Source: a virus (lineage: Duplodnaviria; Caudoviricetes). From it: DNA of 64,000 bases. The notes beneath the pieces were generated by a model. The model saw only the letters and a list, made by a program, of their open reading frames with translations. It did not search any database and had not been told where the DNA came from. Below are positions 27,438-38,400 of the stretch, in pieces. Both the position numbers and the translations under genes were made by a program. Numbering within the stretch: position 1 is the stretch's first letter; each line of letters begins with the position of its first letter. Location: IMG/VR virus record IMGVR_UViG_3300031992_000040, positions 1-64,000 of that record. The stretch is one strand, 5' to 3'.

Positions 27438-28367
27438 ATGGAAGAAAAGGAACTTTGTAATAAGATAAAATATTTAGCAAAAAGTAAAAAAAGTTTTGAT
27501 GAAATTTGTAGTGAATTAAATTTAAAAGAGTATGAATTGATTGGTTTGGTTGGCCTAATGAATAGAGAGGGCGAATTAATTGATTGTATTGGAAAACAGA
27601 TTATTCTTTTAAATAAACCATTACAAAGTGATGAAACTTATGTTGTAAATACAACAAAAAATCATTTAAATCTATTATTTATAAGTGACACGCATATGTG
27701 TTCGAAGCACGACCGTGTTGATATTTTGAATTATTTATATGACGAGGCCGTTAAAAGAGGCGTTGATGCCGTGCTTCATTGTGGTGATATTAGTGATGGT
27801 ATGTATACTAATAGACCACAACAAATATATGAACTGAGGTGCCACGGATTTGATGAACATCTCGATTATGTAGTAAAACGATATCCGAAGACCGAATTAA
27901 AGACTTATTTTATTGGTGGTAATCATTTAGATACTTATATAAGAAATGGCGGCTCTGATTTTGGTAAAGCTATTTCTAGGGAAAGAGACGATTTGATTTA
28001 TTTAAATCCAGATACTGCTAAAATAAGACTTGGCAATCTTGGTATTTTAATGCATCACGGGTCTGGGCAAAAAGCATATAGCCTTAGCTATAAAATTCAG
28101 CGTTATGCCGAAACTATTGATGACCCAAAAATACAGATTATAATGCAAGGGCATTTTCATAATGCTATGTATATGTATTATATGGGAAAACATTGTTTTC
28201 AGGTTGGTTCGTTAGTTGATGAAAATAACTGGAGCAGGTCTTTGGGATTGAAAAATGAAAAAAGTTGTTATTGGGTTGAAGTTGATTGTGATTCAAAAGG
28301 GAAGATTTTAAAAATAACTCCAGAATTGCAAACATTTGAAGATAAAAAGTTGGTGAAAAGAAAATGA
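27438..28367 (+). CDS. Calcineurin-like metallophosphoesterase with N-terminal HTH-like segment
   Basis: SDTH, CGDISDG, GGNH, HHG, GHFH. Confidence 0.85.
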   Translation: MEEKELCNKIKYLAKSKKSFDEICSELNLKEYELIGLVGLMNREGELIDCIGKQIILLNKPLQSDETYVVNTTKNHLNLLFISDTHMCSKHDRVDILNYLYDEAVKRGVDAVLHCGDISDGMYTNRPQQIYELRCHGFDEHLDYVVKRYPKTELKTYFIGGNHLDTYIRNGGSDFGKAISRERDDLIYLNPDTAKIRLGNLGILMHHGSGQKAYSLSYKIQRYAETIDDPKIQIIMQGHFHNAMYMYYMGKHCFQVGSLVDENNWSRSLGLKNEKSCYWVEVDCDSKGKILKITPELQTFEDKKLVKRK

Positions 28368-28543
28368 TAAAAACCCTCTTAGGATTGATATTGGTTGCTT
28401 TTGTAATTTTGTTTATAGTTTTACCTGTAGGATTTAATATATATAAAGAAGATACGTGGGAATATATAAGACAAAAAATGAAAGAGGAAGAGAGAAGACA
28501 AAGAGAGGGAAAAAAGGTTTCTAATAAAAAGGGAGTGCTATAA
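28364..28543 (+). CDS. 59-aa membrane-anchored protein (not in ORF track)
   Basis: ATGA and TAATG overlaps with both neighbours; MIKTLLGLILVAFVILFIVLPVGF... Confidence 0.6.
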   Translation: MIKTLLGLILVAFVILFIVLPVGFNIYKEDTWEYIRQKMKEEERRQREGKKVSNKKGVL

Positions 28544-29073
28544 TGATATTAGGCTTAGATGCCGCAACAAGAAAGACGGGATATTCTATTTTAAATAAAA
28601 AAATGGAGATTATAGAATATGGACTTATAAGAACGACTTCTACGGAGAATGTAGAAAGAATGAAAGAAATATATGAACAAATTGATGCTATATTATCTAA
28701 ATATCCTATTTCAAATATTGTGGTTGAAGATGTTCCGGTGAACACTCATAATAACTTAAAGACTGGTAAAGATTTAAGTGTCCTACAGGGTGTGATTTTA
28801 GCATTGTCTTTTAAGTATGGAATATCTGTAAAGTTATATAATCCTTCCGCCCATAGAAGCATAAATGGCTTATATGATGGAACTAGAGAAGGAATGAAAA
28901 GAGAATTTCAAAAAGAAAAAGCCGTAGAGGAAGTTAATTTATTATACGGTTTGGATTTCAAATATTATAAAAGCGAAACTAAAGATAAAAAAAGTGATGA
29001 CGATATGGCTGAGGCTATATTAATAGCCAGAGCTTTTATTAAAGATTGTATTGTAAAAAAGGAGGAAATATAA
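28543..29073 (+). CDS. ruvC: RuvC-like Holliday junction resolvase
   Basis: ILGLDAATRKTG, IVVED, DDDMAEAILIA. Confidence 0.8.
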   Translation: MILGLDAATRKTGYSILNKKMEIIEYGLIRTTSTENVERMKEIYEQIDAILSKYPISNIVVEDVPVNTHNNLKTGKDLSVLQGVILALSFKYGISVKLYNPSAHRSINGLYDGTREGMKREFQKEKAVEEVNLLYGLDFKYYKSETKDKKSDDDMAEAILIARAFIKDCIVKKEEI

Positions 29074-29074
29074 A

Positions 29075-29572
29075 ATGGAAATGAAAATAGGTGGAGAAAC
29101 AATTAAATTAAAAAAAGATTATTTATCTATAGACGAAGTAGAGGCTTCTGTCGGCGCTGCCATAAGTGCTGCTGTAGAAAAAGGGGATTTTGATTTTTAT
29201 GATTTTAGTCCTATGTCTATGAAAGTAAGTTTCTATGCTTCTTTATTTTATTATTGTATTGAAGATTTTGATATTGAGAACTCAGAAGATTTTAATAAAT
29301 ATTACAATCTTGGGGTTCAAACAGAGCTTTTAAAAGCAATAAAAAATGCACAAGATGCTTATGATATGATGATGTCTATATATCAAGATATGACGAATAT
29401 TCAAGGGACACTTTTAAAAGGAATTGATAAGATAATTAAAGTTTTGGAAGAAAAACTACCAAAAGAAAAGGAGTTAAAGAAACTTTTAAATAAGATTCCA
29501 AAAGAATGGGGAAAAGTATCTGAAGAATATAAAGAAATTATTGGAGAAACACCTAAGAAAGAAGACGAATAA
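29075..29572 (+). CDS. Hypothetical protein (possible tail assembly chaperone)
   Basis: AAGGAGG RBS; upstream of the tape measure. Confidence 0.6.
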   Translation: MEMKIGGETIKLKKDYLSIDEVEASVGAAISAAVEKGDFDFYDFSPMSMKVSFYASLFYYCIEDFDIENSEDFNKYYNLGVQTELLKAIKNAQDAYDMMMSIYQDMTNIQGTLLKGIDKIIKVLEEKLPKEKELKKLLNKIPKEWGKVSEEYKEIIGETPKKEDE

Positions 29573-29586
29573 GTCTTCTTTTTTTT
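29559..29586 (+). terminator. Intrinsic terminator
   Basis: AAGAAGAC-gaataa-GTCTTCTT plus T-run. Confidence 0.7.
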
Positions 29587-29613
29587 AGGAAATAACAAAA
29601 ATGGGGTGATACT

Positions 29614-30144
29614 ATTCTAAACAATGAAAATGAATTGATAAACTTGCTTGATAAGAAAGCTAAAAAGATATTGAAAAACATTTCAAAAAAAGTGTATAAG
29701 TGTTTGCAAGATATAATTATGGAAGATATTTATAGACAACCAGCGGGAGATGTATATCAAAGAACTGGTGATTTTTATACTGCTTTCAAATTAAGCGATT
29801 TAGAAACGCTTGTAGATGAATATGTTATAGGGATTATTTATGATTGGAATAGTATGGAACCTCCTAGTTATGGAGATTCAAACAATGGATACACCCACGG
29901 AAATTATGAAATATACGAAGATAGAAGAGCAGACCTTTATTGGATTTTAAACGGGAAAGATACCAATGATGTCAACAGTGATTTTCCAAATAAATTTGGT
30001 GGACACGGTGCTATCGGCCCAACTAGAGGTCATAATTATTGGGACGATTTTATGAATGAAATGCAAATTTATTTTAAAGAATGGATTGAAGAGGAATGCA
30101 AAAAAGAAGGATTTGTTCTTGAATCTCTATTAAAAATAACATAA
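29614..30144 (+). CDS. Putative tail-completion protein (likely ATT start at 29614; track start 29635)
   Basis: IMEDIY...VYQRTG motif; GGGGTG RBS 5 nt before an in-frame ATT. Confidence 0.55.
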   Translation: MLNNENELINLLDKKAKKILKNISKKVYKCLQDIIMEDIYRQPAGDVYQRTGDFYTAFKLSDLETLVDEYVIGIIYDWNSMEPPSYGDSNNGYTHGNYEIYEDRRADLYWILNGKDTNDVNSDFPNKFGGHGAIGPTRGHNYWDDFMNEMQIYFKEWIEEECKKEGFVLESLLKIT

Positions 30145-30160
30145 AGGAGGTGAATAAAGG

Positions 30161-33100
30161 ATGATTGGGTCAGATACTTGGTTATTAAAATTAAAGGCTA
30201 AGTTGGACAATAGCACGACTACGGTAAGAGACCTTAATAAGCAAATAAAAAGTTTGGAAAAGCAAGTTGCTAGTTTTAATGTAAAAGTTAAAGTTGACCA
30301 AGGAACTAAAAAAGGGTTTCAAGACCTTGATAAACAGTTGCAAGAACTGAAAGTTAATTTAAATGATTTTAATAAAATAAATACTACTATAAACAAAGGT
30401 TTAGGAACCACGACTGAAAAGTTTGTTGATAATAGCGGTAGAGTTTTAACTGTTATAAAGAAAATTGGCGATGAATCTGGCAAGGCAAAAGTTAAATTAA
30501 CAGAGGCTGCTAATGAAACTTCAAAATGGAGCGATGCATTTTCAAGGGCTTTTACTGCTTTTACAACATATCACTTAATTGCTAAAGCATTGCAGATTAG
30601 TGTTCAAGCTGTTAGGGATATGGTTCAAAATGTTAAAGAACTAGATGTAGCATTAACTGAGTTAAAGAAAGTTACAGATTTAGAGGGAAATTCTTTAGAT
30701 AATTTCGTCAAAAAGGCCTTTGCTGCCGGAGAGACCGTAGCTAAAACAGGAAAAGAAATGATTGAGGCGGCTACGGAATTTGCTAAAGCCGGTTATGATG
30801 AAAGTGTAATTCTTCAATTAGGAACTGTGGCAAATATGTATACAAATATTGCTGACGAAGTGATTTCGTCTGGCGATGCTGCAAGTTTTATTATAGCACA
30901 ATTAAAAGCATTTAATTTAGAGGCGACAAATGTTAATGAGACATTAAAAAATAGTCAACATATTATTGACGCAGTAAATGAGGTTGCGAATAATTTTGCG
31001 GTTTCAAGTGCAGATATTGCTGAAAATTTAGGTAAGTCAAGTGCCGTAATGGCAAATGCTGGAAATACATTAGAGGAAACTATAGGTTTATTGACCGCTG
31101 GAACGGAAATCACTCGTAATGCGGCGAAAGTCTCTAATGGTTTAAAAACTATAACATTAAGACTTCAAGGTATGACCGATGAGGGTGAAGAAAGTTTCGA
31201 ATTAATTGCAAATAACGAAAAACTTTTTAATAAACTTGGACTTTCGTTATATCAAGCAAACGGCGATTTAAAAAATACTTATGAAATTTTAAAAGATTTA
31301 TCTGAAGTTTATCCCACATTAAACGCCGAAATGAAGGCTTATGTTACTGAAACATTGGCCGGAAAACATCAATCACAAATTTTGGCTGCTATTTTAAAAA
31401 ACTTCTCTACTGCCGTTGAAGCCACAGAAACCGCTTTAAATAGCGAAGGAAGTGCTATGCGAGAGAATGAAAAAGTTTTGGATAGTATTAGAGGACGTTT
31501 GCAAAGATTTCAAAGTGAATGGGAGTCTTTATCCAATAGTTTAATAAGTAGCGATATTATAAAAGTAATTGTAGATTTTGGAACCAATCTTTTGAAACTT
31601 GCTAATAGCGGTATTGTTAAGTTTATTATTAAAAATACCCTTTTGGTTATAGCTCTTAATCTTGCTTCTAAAGCGTTTGTTAATTTAGGGGCCAAAATAA
31701 AGATGGCTGCCGCTGATTATCTTTTATATATTACCGGAGTGACAAAAGCTACTGCACAACAAAAAATGCAGGTGGCATCTAATTTAACATTATCTCAATC
31801 TTTTACTCTTTTGGCTGCGAAAGCTAGGGCGGCGTTAGTTGCTATGGCTTCTAATCCAATGGTTTGGATTGCTGCTGCTGTATCTGCGGTTTCTATGCTT
31901 AAAAATAAATGGGAAGAAGCGCAACAAGCAGCGAGAGATGCTTCTGATGAATATGTTGAAAGAGCCAAAGAATTATCTGCGAATATAGAAAATATAGATG
32001 AAACTATAGACAAATTTAAAGAATTAAAAAAGATAGTTGACGATAGTTCATCTAGCTATACTGAATATAAACAAGCAAAAGAAGAATTGAAACAATTACA
32101 AGAAGAATTAATTAAACAGTATGGAAAAGAAGCAGAGGGAATAGATTTAGTAAATGGTTCTTTAAGTGAGCAAGCTGAGAAAATCAAACAAATAAAACAA
32201 GAGTCTGCAAAAGCATTTTTAAATGAACCAAAAAATCAAGTAGCATATGAGACTGCTAAAAGCAAAGTTTATGGTAAAAATAGTTATACTAGAACTATGG
32301 GAACCGGTGCTGATTGGCATTATAGTTATGATACTGATTGGGCTTATAAACATAAAGAAATTACTAAAGAAGAAAAAACTAAATTAGATAATAACAAAAA
32401 GACATATGAAAAATATGTAAAAGATATACAGGCTTTGGCTAATAAATATGGAAGAGTCATAAATAGCGTAGATATTTCGGGATATTTTGATTTTGAAACA
32501 AAAAGCGTAGATAAATCAAAGAAAATGTTAACCGAATGGCAAGAATATTTGCAGAAAAACAAAGATAAACTGATTTCTGCCGGTGTTATGAGCGAAAGCA
32601 CATATAATTATACATTTAAACAAATTCAAGAAGAATTAGATGAGATAGAAAAAAAATTCGGAACTTTCTATAAAACATTAGATGAAAATAATAAGATGCT
32701 TTTAGAATCTAAAGGGTATAGTTCTTTTATAGACGACCTAGAAGCGTTAGCGCAAGAAAGCGTTTTAACAGAAGATGCGATTCAAAAATTATTAGAGAAA
32801 TATCCTGGGTTAGAGGCTGTTTTAAAACAAAATGGACAAACGATTAGTAAGATAGCCAAAGAACATCAAAACTATAGGCAGGTCGTTGATTCTATAGGTA
32901 GTTCTTTGGGGGATAAATATACTGAAAGTATAAAGAAAATGGTTCTGGAAAATGATTTGGGAGTAGAGTCATTTGAAAGATTAAAAAAAGAATATCCAGA
33001 ATTACAAACATTGTTAGACCAATATGGTATGTCTTTAGATGATTATGCAAAAAAAATAGAATCATTAGTAAAAGACCATTTAGATTGGGATTATCAGTTA

Positions 33101-35095
33101 CAACTTTTTAATAATTCTATGGATTCATTACAGACTTCTTTTAATGCATTAAAAGCTGCTCAAGAAGAATATAATGAGCAAGGATTTATAACAGTAGATA
33201 CTCTTCAAGCTTTATTAAAGCTTGATGAAGAGCAATTAGTGAATCTTGTAGATAAGAATGGTAAAATTAAACTTAATACAGATGCTTATAAAATGTTAAC
33301 CGCAGCAAAATTAGATGAAATGCTAGCAACAGAAGAACAGCGTCATTATGATGAAGTTTATAGGCTTCAACAACAGTTGACAAATCAAACGACAAAAGAA
33401 TCTACGGGTTGGTTTGCTGCTTTGTGGAATGTTATAAGGGGAGGTAAAGAACCTGTAACTCAAGCCAAAAAAACTTTGGCTGATTTAGAATCAGAAATTA
33501 GGTCTGCTGGAGATTCTGCAAAAGATATACAGGCGGCATTAACGAAAGAAAACGAATTACACAATGCAAGGGTTACTTTAATAAAAAAAACAAAAGTGGG
33601 ATTAAAAGATGTTAATACACTTTTGGGAAGCACAGCTTCTAAATCAGCAAAAAATACTCGTAATGCATCTAAGGCTACTTCTTCTACTAAAGAATGGTGG
33701 GAAGAACAACTTTCAGCTTTAAAAGACCAATATAATTATAATGAAATAACGATAGAGCAATATATATCAGCGTTAGAAAAGCTTTTAAGTAAAGTTCAAA
33801 AAGGAACTGAAGCTTATCGTAAAATTAATGAAGAGCTTGGAAAACAAAAATTAAATCAAATTCAAGATTCTTATAAAAGAGGAACGATTAGTCTTGATGA
33901 ATATTTAAAGAAATTAAAAGAGCTAATTAAAACTTATAAAGAAGGTTCTCAAGCTTGGTTGGATATTGCCGATAAGATTAAAAGTGGTCTTCAAGAAAAG
34001 GCCAATAAACAAAAGAGTGATTTAGATACTGCTGAAAAAGCAGCTCTTGGCCTTATAGATGAAGAAATCGATAAGATTAAGAAATTAAAAGAAGAAAAGG
34101 AAAAAGAGCTTGACGCTGAAATAGATGCAAAAAAGAAGTCAAATGACGAAACAGAAAGAGCAATAGAGCTTGCTAGACTCCAAGAGGCATTAGAAAACGC
34201 TAAAAGAGAAAAGACAAAAAGAGTGTGGAGAGAAGGCTTGGGTTGGGTTTGGGAAGCAGACCAACAAGCCATTGCTGATGCTCAAAAAGCTCTTGATGAT
34301 TTTAATTTTGATTCAGAAATTGAAGATTTAGAAAAACAAAAAGAAGAAATGATTAAAAACTTCGATGAGCAAATAGATGCTTTAGAAGCCTATAAAAAGA
34401 TGTGGGAAGATGTTGCTGATGATTATGAAACTCAGCAACAAAGAATAATTCTTGCACAAAAATTAGGCGCTGGTGCTGAGCAAGATATTTTAAATCAAAG
34501 GCTTGAAGCTCTTGAAGAATATAAGAGACAATATTTGGCCACAATGGCTGAAATTGAGAAATATGAAAAAACTCCATCTACGGAATTAGCTAAAGAAGGA
34601 CAAACTACAACAAAGAAACCGGCTTCAAATACCGGTTCAAGTGGAAGTTCCGCTCCAAAATTAGCTGTTGGTTCTTCTGTTAAAGTTAAGAGTGGAGCTA
34701 AATGGTATGCCGATTCTTATGGTGGAGGAAGCAGCGGAAAAGCTAAAAATGGAAAAATAAAATATATTAACTTAAAAGGAACTCATCCATATAATATTGA
34801 TGGTCTTGGATGGGTTAAGAAAACAGATATTCAAGGATATGCCGGAGGGGGTATAGTAGATTATACTGGACTTGCAATGCTTCACGGAACAAAGAATAAA
34901 CCAGAATTTGTATTTAATTCTGAACAAATGAAAAACTTGTTCTATGCTATTGCACATCCAAAATCTTCTGGAGTATTAGCATCTGGAGGAAATACTACTT
35001 ATAATTTTGGGAATATATCCTTACCGAATGTTACTAATGCTAGACAATTTATATCAGAATTAAAAGCATTAGTTAATGTTCAAAAACATCAATAA
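30161..35095 (+). CDS. Tape measure protein (TP901-type core) with C-terminal SH3-like domain
   Basis: ELDVALTELKKVTD, NEVANNFAVSS, GLKTI, coiled coils, YAGGG...LHGT..PEFV. Confidence 0.9.
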   Translation: MIGSDTWLLKLKAKLDNSTTTVRDLNKQIKSLEKQVASFNVKVKVDQGTKKGFQDLDKQLQELKVNLNDFNKINTTINKGLGTTTEKFVDNSGRVLTVIKKIGDESGKAKVKLTEAANETSKWSDAFSRAFTAFTTYHLIAKALQISVQAVRDMVQNVKELDVALTELKKVTDLEGNSLDNFVKKAFAAGETVAKTGKEMIEAATEFAKAGYDESVILQLGTVANMYTNIADEVISSGDAASFIIAQLKAFNLEATNVNETLKNSQHIIDAVNEVANNFAVSSADIAENLGKSSAVMANAGNTLEETIGLLTAGTEITRNAAKVSNGLKTITLRLQGMTDEGEESFELIANNEKLFNKLGLSLYQANGDLKNTYEILKDLSEVYPTLNAEMKAYVTETLAGKHQSQILAAILKNFSTAVEATETALNSEGSAMRENEKVLDSIRGRLQRFQSEWESLSNSLISSDIIKVIVDFGTNLLKLANSGIVKFIIKNTLLVIALNLASKAFVNLGAKIKMAAADYLLYITGVTKATAQQKMQVASNLTLSQSFTLLAAKARAALVAMASNPMVWIAAAVSAVSMLKNKWEEAQQAARDASDEYVERAKELSANIENIDETIDKFKELKKIVDDSSSSYTEYKQAKEELKQLQEELIKQYGKEAEGIDLVNGSLSEQAEKIKQIKQESAKAFLNEPKNQVAYETAKSKVYGKNSYTRTMGTGADWHYSYDTDWAYKHKEITKEEKTKLDNNKKTYEKYVKDIQALANKYGRVINSVDISGYFDFETKSVDKSKKMLTEWQEYLQKNKDKLISAGVMSESTYNYTFKQIQEELDEIEKKFGTFYKTLDENNKMLLESKGYSSFIDDLEALAQESVLTEDAIQKLLEKYPGLEAVLKQNGQTISKIAKEHQNYRQVVDSIGSSLGDKYTESIKKMVLENDLGVESFERLKKEYPELQTLLDQYGMSLDDYAKKIESLVKDHLDWDYQLQLFNNSMDSLQTSFNALKAAQEEYNEQGFITVDTLQALLKLDEEQLVNLVDKNGKIKLNTDAYKMLTAAKLDEMLATEEQRHYDEVYRLQQQLTNQTTKESTGWFAALWNVIRGGKEPVTQAKKTLADLESEIRSAGDSAKDIQAALTKENELHNARVTLIKKTKVGLKDVNTLLGSTASKSAKNTRNASKATSSTKEWWEEQLSALKDQYNYNEITIEQYISALEKLLSKVQKGTEAYRKINEELGKQKLNQIQDSYKRGTISLDEYLKKLKELIKTYKEGSQAWLDIADKIKSGLQEKANKQKSDLDTAEKAALGLIDEEIDKIKKLKEEKEKELDAEIDAKKKSNDETERAIELARLQEALENAKREKTKRVWREGLGWVWEADQQAIADAQKALDDFNFDSEIEDLEKQKEEMIKNFDEQIDALEAYKKMWEDVADDYETQQQRIILAQKLGAGAEQDILNQRLEALEEYKRQYLATMAEIEKYEKTPSTELAKEGQTTTKKPASNTGSSGSSAPKLAVGSSVKVKSGAKWYADSYGGGSSGKAKNGKIKYINLKGTHPYNIDGLGWVKKTDIQGYAGGGIVDYTGLAMLHGTKNKPEFVFNSEQMKNLFYAIAHPKSSGVLASGGNTTYNFGNISLPNVTNARQFISELKALVNVQKHQ

Positions 35096-35107
35096 AAGAA
35101 GTGAGAT

Positions 35108-35126
35108 GGGCTCTTATGAGCCCTTT
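35108..35126 (+). terminator. Hairpin after tape measure
   Basis: GGGCTC-ttat-GAGCCC-ttt. Confidence 0.55.
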
Positions 35127-35148
35127 CAATAATTAAGGAGGAATTAAA

Positions 35149-35496
35149 ATGATAAAAATTAAACACAGATTCCACGATAACACTTCTAGCGATGGTAATG
35201 GTCAAGATTACCTTGTTGGAAACAAATCAAATGGGGCAGTTATGGCTGTTTCTTGTGGAGACTTAAACGAAAATCCAACTGCTACTGCTGCTACAATGAC
35301 TTTTTATGGAAAAGCAACAGGAAGCAAACAATATATACCTATAAATGCGATTAGAACAAGTGATTTCTCTTTGCAAAAAACGGGTGAAATGAATGAAGTG
35401 TATTTAATCGATTGCACTTCATTTGAAGGAATAAGAGTCACTTTATCTGGGGTAACAGGAGGTAAAGTAACCGTAATAGGGGAGGTCGTTGAATAA
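35149..35496 (+). CDS. Small beta-rich virion protein
   Basis: AAGGAGG RBS; TAATG-coupled to the adhesin. Confidence 0.65.
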   Translation: MIKIKHRFHDNTSSDGNGQDYLVGNKSNGAVMAVSCGDLNENPTATAATMTFYGKATGSKQYIPINAIRTSDFSLQKTGEMNEVYLIDCTSFEGIRVTLSGVTGGKVTVIGEVVE

Positions 35497-38400
35497 TGGC
35501 AGCAGATATAATTGCTAGAGGAATGGCAGCAACAGCCATTAGACCCGGTGAAGATGGAAAAATTCCAGCTTCCTACTTACCTAGTTATGTTGACGATGTT
35601 GTTGATTTAATAGCCATTGATGAGACAGCTCCTGCTGTATGTGAAGAAGGTGACAAATATTATAATTCTGTAGATAAGCTAATTTATACTGCTACAGGAA
35701 CAAATACTTGGGGCTCTTCTGGAGAAGCTCCATTACAAGGTAAAATATATATAAATATGGCGCAACAACCATCAACAAGTTATAGATGGGATGGAAATAA
35801 TCTTGTTTTAATTGGTGGTGCTGGTCAAATAATTCAGTATAATGAAATGCCAACTCCAGAGTCAAATATTCTTGGGAAAATAATTCAATATACTGGCGAA
35901 AATGATGGAAATTACGTAAAAGGATATTATTATATATGTGTCAGCGATGGCAATGACCCTGCGACATATAGCTGGTCTAATATTGGAGTTCAGGGATGCG
36001 AAAACTTTATGTCTATTGATGCCGATGGATGTTGGAACATAACAAATGTTAAGCCAGGGGTTTATTTTTATCCTAAAGCCGAAGTTTCTGGTCAAACTAC
36101 TCCGGAAGGATTTCCTGCCTTTTCTATTCAAGTAGAAGAAGTTAAATTGGCAAATTTGATTTCTGCCGAAAATGGGGTTAGAATATTTAAAAGTCCATTA
36201 GAGGCCGAAACCGGAGATATTGTTCTTGAAACATATTATCATGAAGGCCCTTGTATAAAAAGACTTACTTTAGCAAAAACAGCTAATAGCTGGGCAGAAA
36301 CTTATAATAATATTCTTGTTTATGTGGATTCTGGAAGCGACCAGAGTATTGCTGGAACGAAAACTTTTAATGCTTTGCCACAGAGTTCGGCTGTTCCATA
36401 TTTAGATAATCATCTTGTTAATAAAAAATTTGTTGATGATAACTTTTTAGGAACAAAAGTAATGATGCCTGCCGCATCAGCAAATTATCTTAATAAAATA
36501 GTAGAATATGTAGGAGATACAAACGCAAATTATACACACGGATATTTTTATGAATGTATTTCTGATGGTGAAGACCCAGCAACTTATAGTTGGGAAAATA
36601 TAAATGTTCAAGAGGGTTCAACTATTCAATATACTGTAATGCCAGAACCAACGGAGGAATTGTTAGGAACTGTTGTTCAATATGTTGGAGAAGACAATGG
36701 GGATTATGTAAAGAATTGGTTTTATGAATGTGGATACTACGATGGAATAGCCAGTGTAGAAAGTGTTACGGGTGATATAGAGGCAACTGTTGATTCTTCA
36801 ACTTTTAATAATTATGTTTTCTATAATATTGGGACTTATACGTTTACATATAATGGTTCTTCTAATCGGTGGGTAATAGATACGAATAGAGTTAAAAGCG
36901 GAGTATTATATCAAAGCGGTTTAACTGTAACTGGAACGCCTGTTGATGGAGACACAATAGTAGTTAAAAATATTGCTAATTATAATTGGCTTCCTGTTCC
37001 TGGATTATCTGAAGGAGCAATAGAGTTTAAAGAATTGAATCCTGATTTAAACGATGATTTTATAAGAAATAAAATAGTTAAAGCTATAAATATTATTATA
37101 GCCCATAATAAAAAATACAATCGATATAATCAAGGTGGAGAAAGATGTCATACAGGTATTTATATTTATGCCGATGGTTATAAAGAAATTGTTGGCATGA
37201 CTTTCAGTTCTGTTCCTTCTCCTACTTCTCATAGATGTCTAATTAATTTAATTTTTTCGAGCGAGGTTTTTGCTAATGTAATGCCACAATATAACACACA
37301 TTATGGTCTTAAATATGAAATGATAGGTTCTGCAACTCAAGCAGCAGTATATATTGATGGGGAAGAATATCAAAACGGTTATATAACAGACGTTTATTCT
37401 AATACTAGCAATGTTAATTACTATGGAAGATTAAGTTTTACTAATACTGCAAGAAATATAACATTTAGCAATACTGGTTACGATGGGCTTCCTCTTGGAA
37501 CTTTAAATGATGATGCTTATACACCAACAGCATCTTATCATCCTGCAACAAAAAAATATGTGGATGGAATATTTAATAATTCTAAAACGGTCAAAGATTT
37601 ATATTTAATAGATTCTCAAGGAACAATTTCCGACACAAACACATTAGAAGAAGGAGATTCATATACATATAGTATTACTTCTTCCTCTGGACAATCTAAT
37701 TCTTATTTGCAATATACATTTACAGAACCGCTTAATTTAACATTAAATTCTCATATAATAATAGATTCCGCAATGAAGATTAATGTCTCTGCTACTTGGG
37801 TAAATTTCTTCTTTTATATTTATAGAGGAAATCAATGGATTTTAACAGGAGATAATAAAGGACAGCCTAATTCAGAGTGCGTTGTATCTGGTTCTATTGC
37901 CGAAAAGCAAATATATATAACAAATCTTCAGACAAATAGTGCTGTAAGCAACTTGTTAAATGCTGATGGAACAATTACTATTCAAGCCGGAGATGTTTTA
38001 AGAATAAGTGAAAATAAAAGGATTAATCCTGCTAATGGATTTATTCTTACTTTTATAAGTTCTTATGATATGCCTTGTAATATAAAAATACAATATGGGG
38101 CTATAGGTGCAAGTTCAGTAATCGATACAATAAATAACGAAACAAAAACACAACATGAATGGAACTCTATTTTTGCAAATAGTAGTTTAGCTTTTGATTT
38201 ATTACCTGAAACATCTTTCAATGAACCTTTTGATTTATTGACTGCCAAACAAGGCTCATATGTAAGTGCTGGTGGCGCAATCGGAGCTTCGTCTTATTTT
38301 AGTTATGGAGACGACTTAAAGTTTAGTTCTTCTAATGTTATAGATTTATTGATTTTAAATGACTTTGAGAAAGCTCAGATAGGTGAAATATTCGCAATAG

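Noticed and set aside
29075-30144. Tail chaperone programmed frameshift
   Set aside because: A terminator and a separate RBS lie between the genes, and no convincing slippery heptamer precedes the stop.
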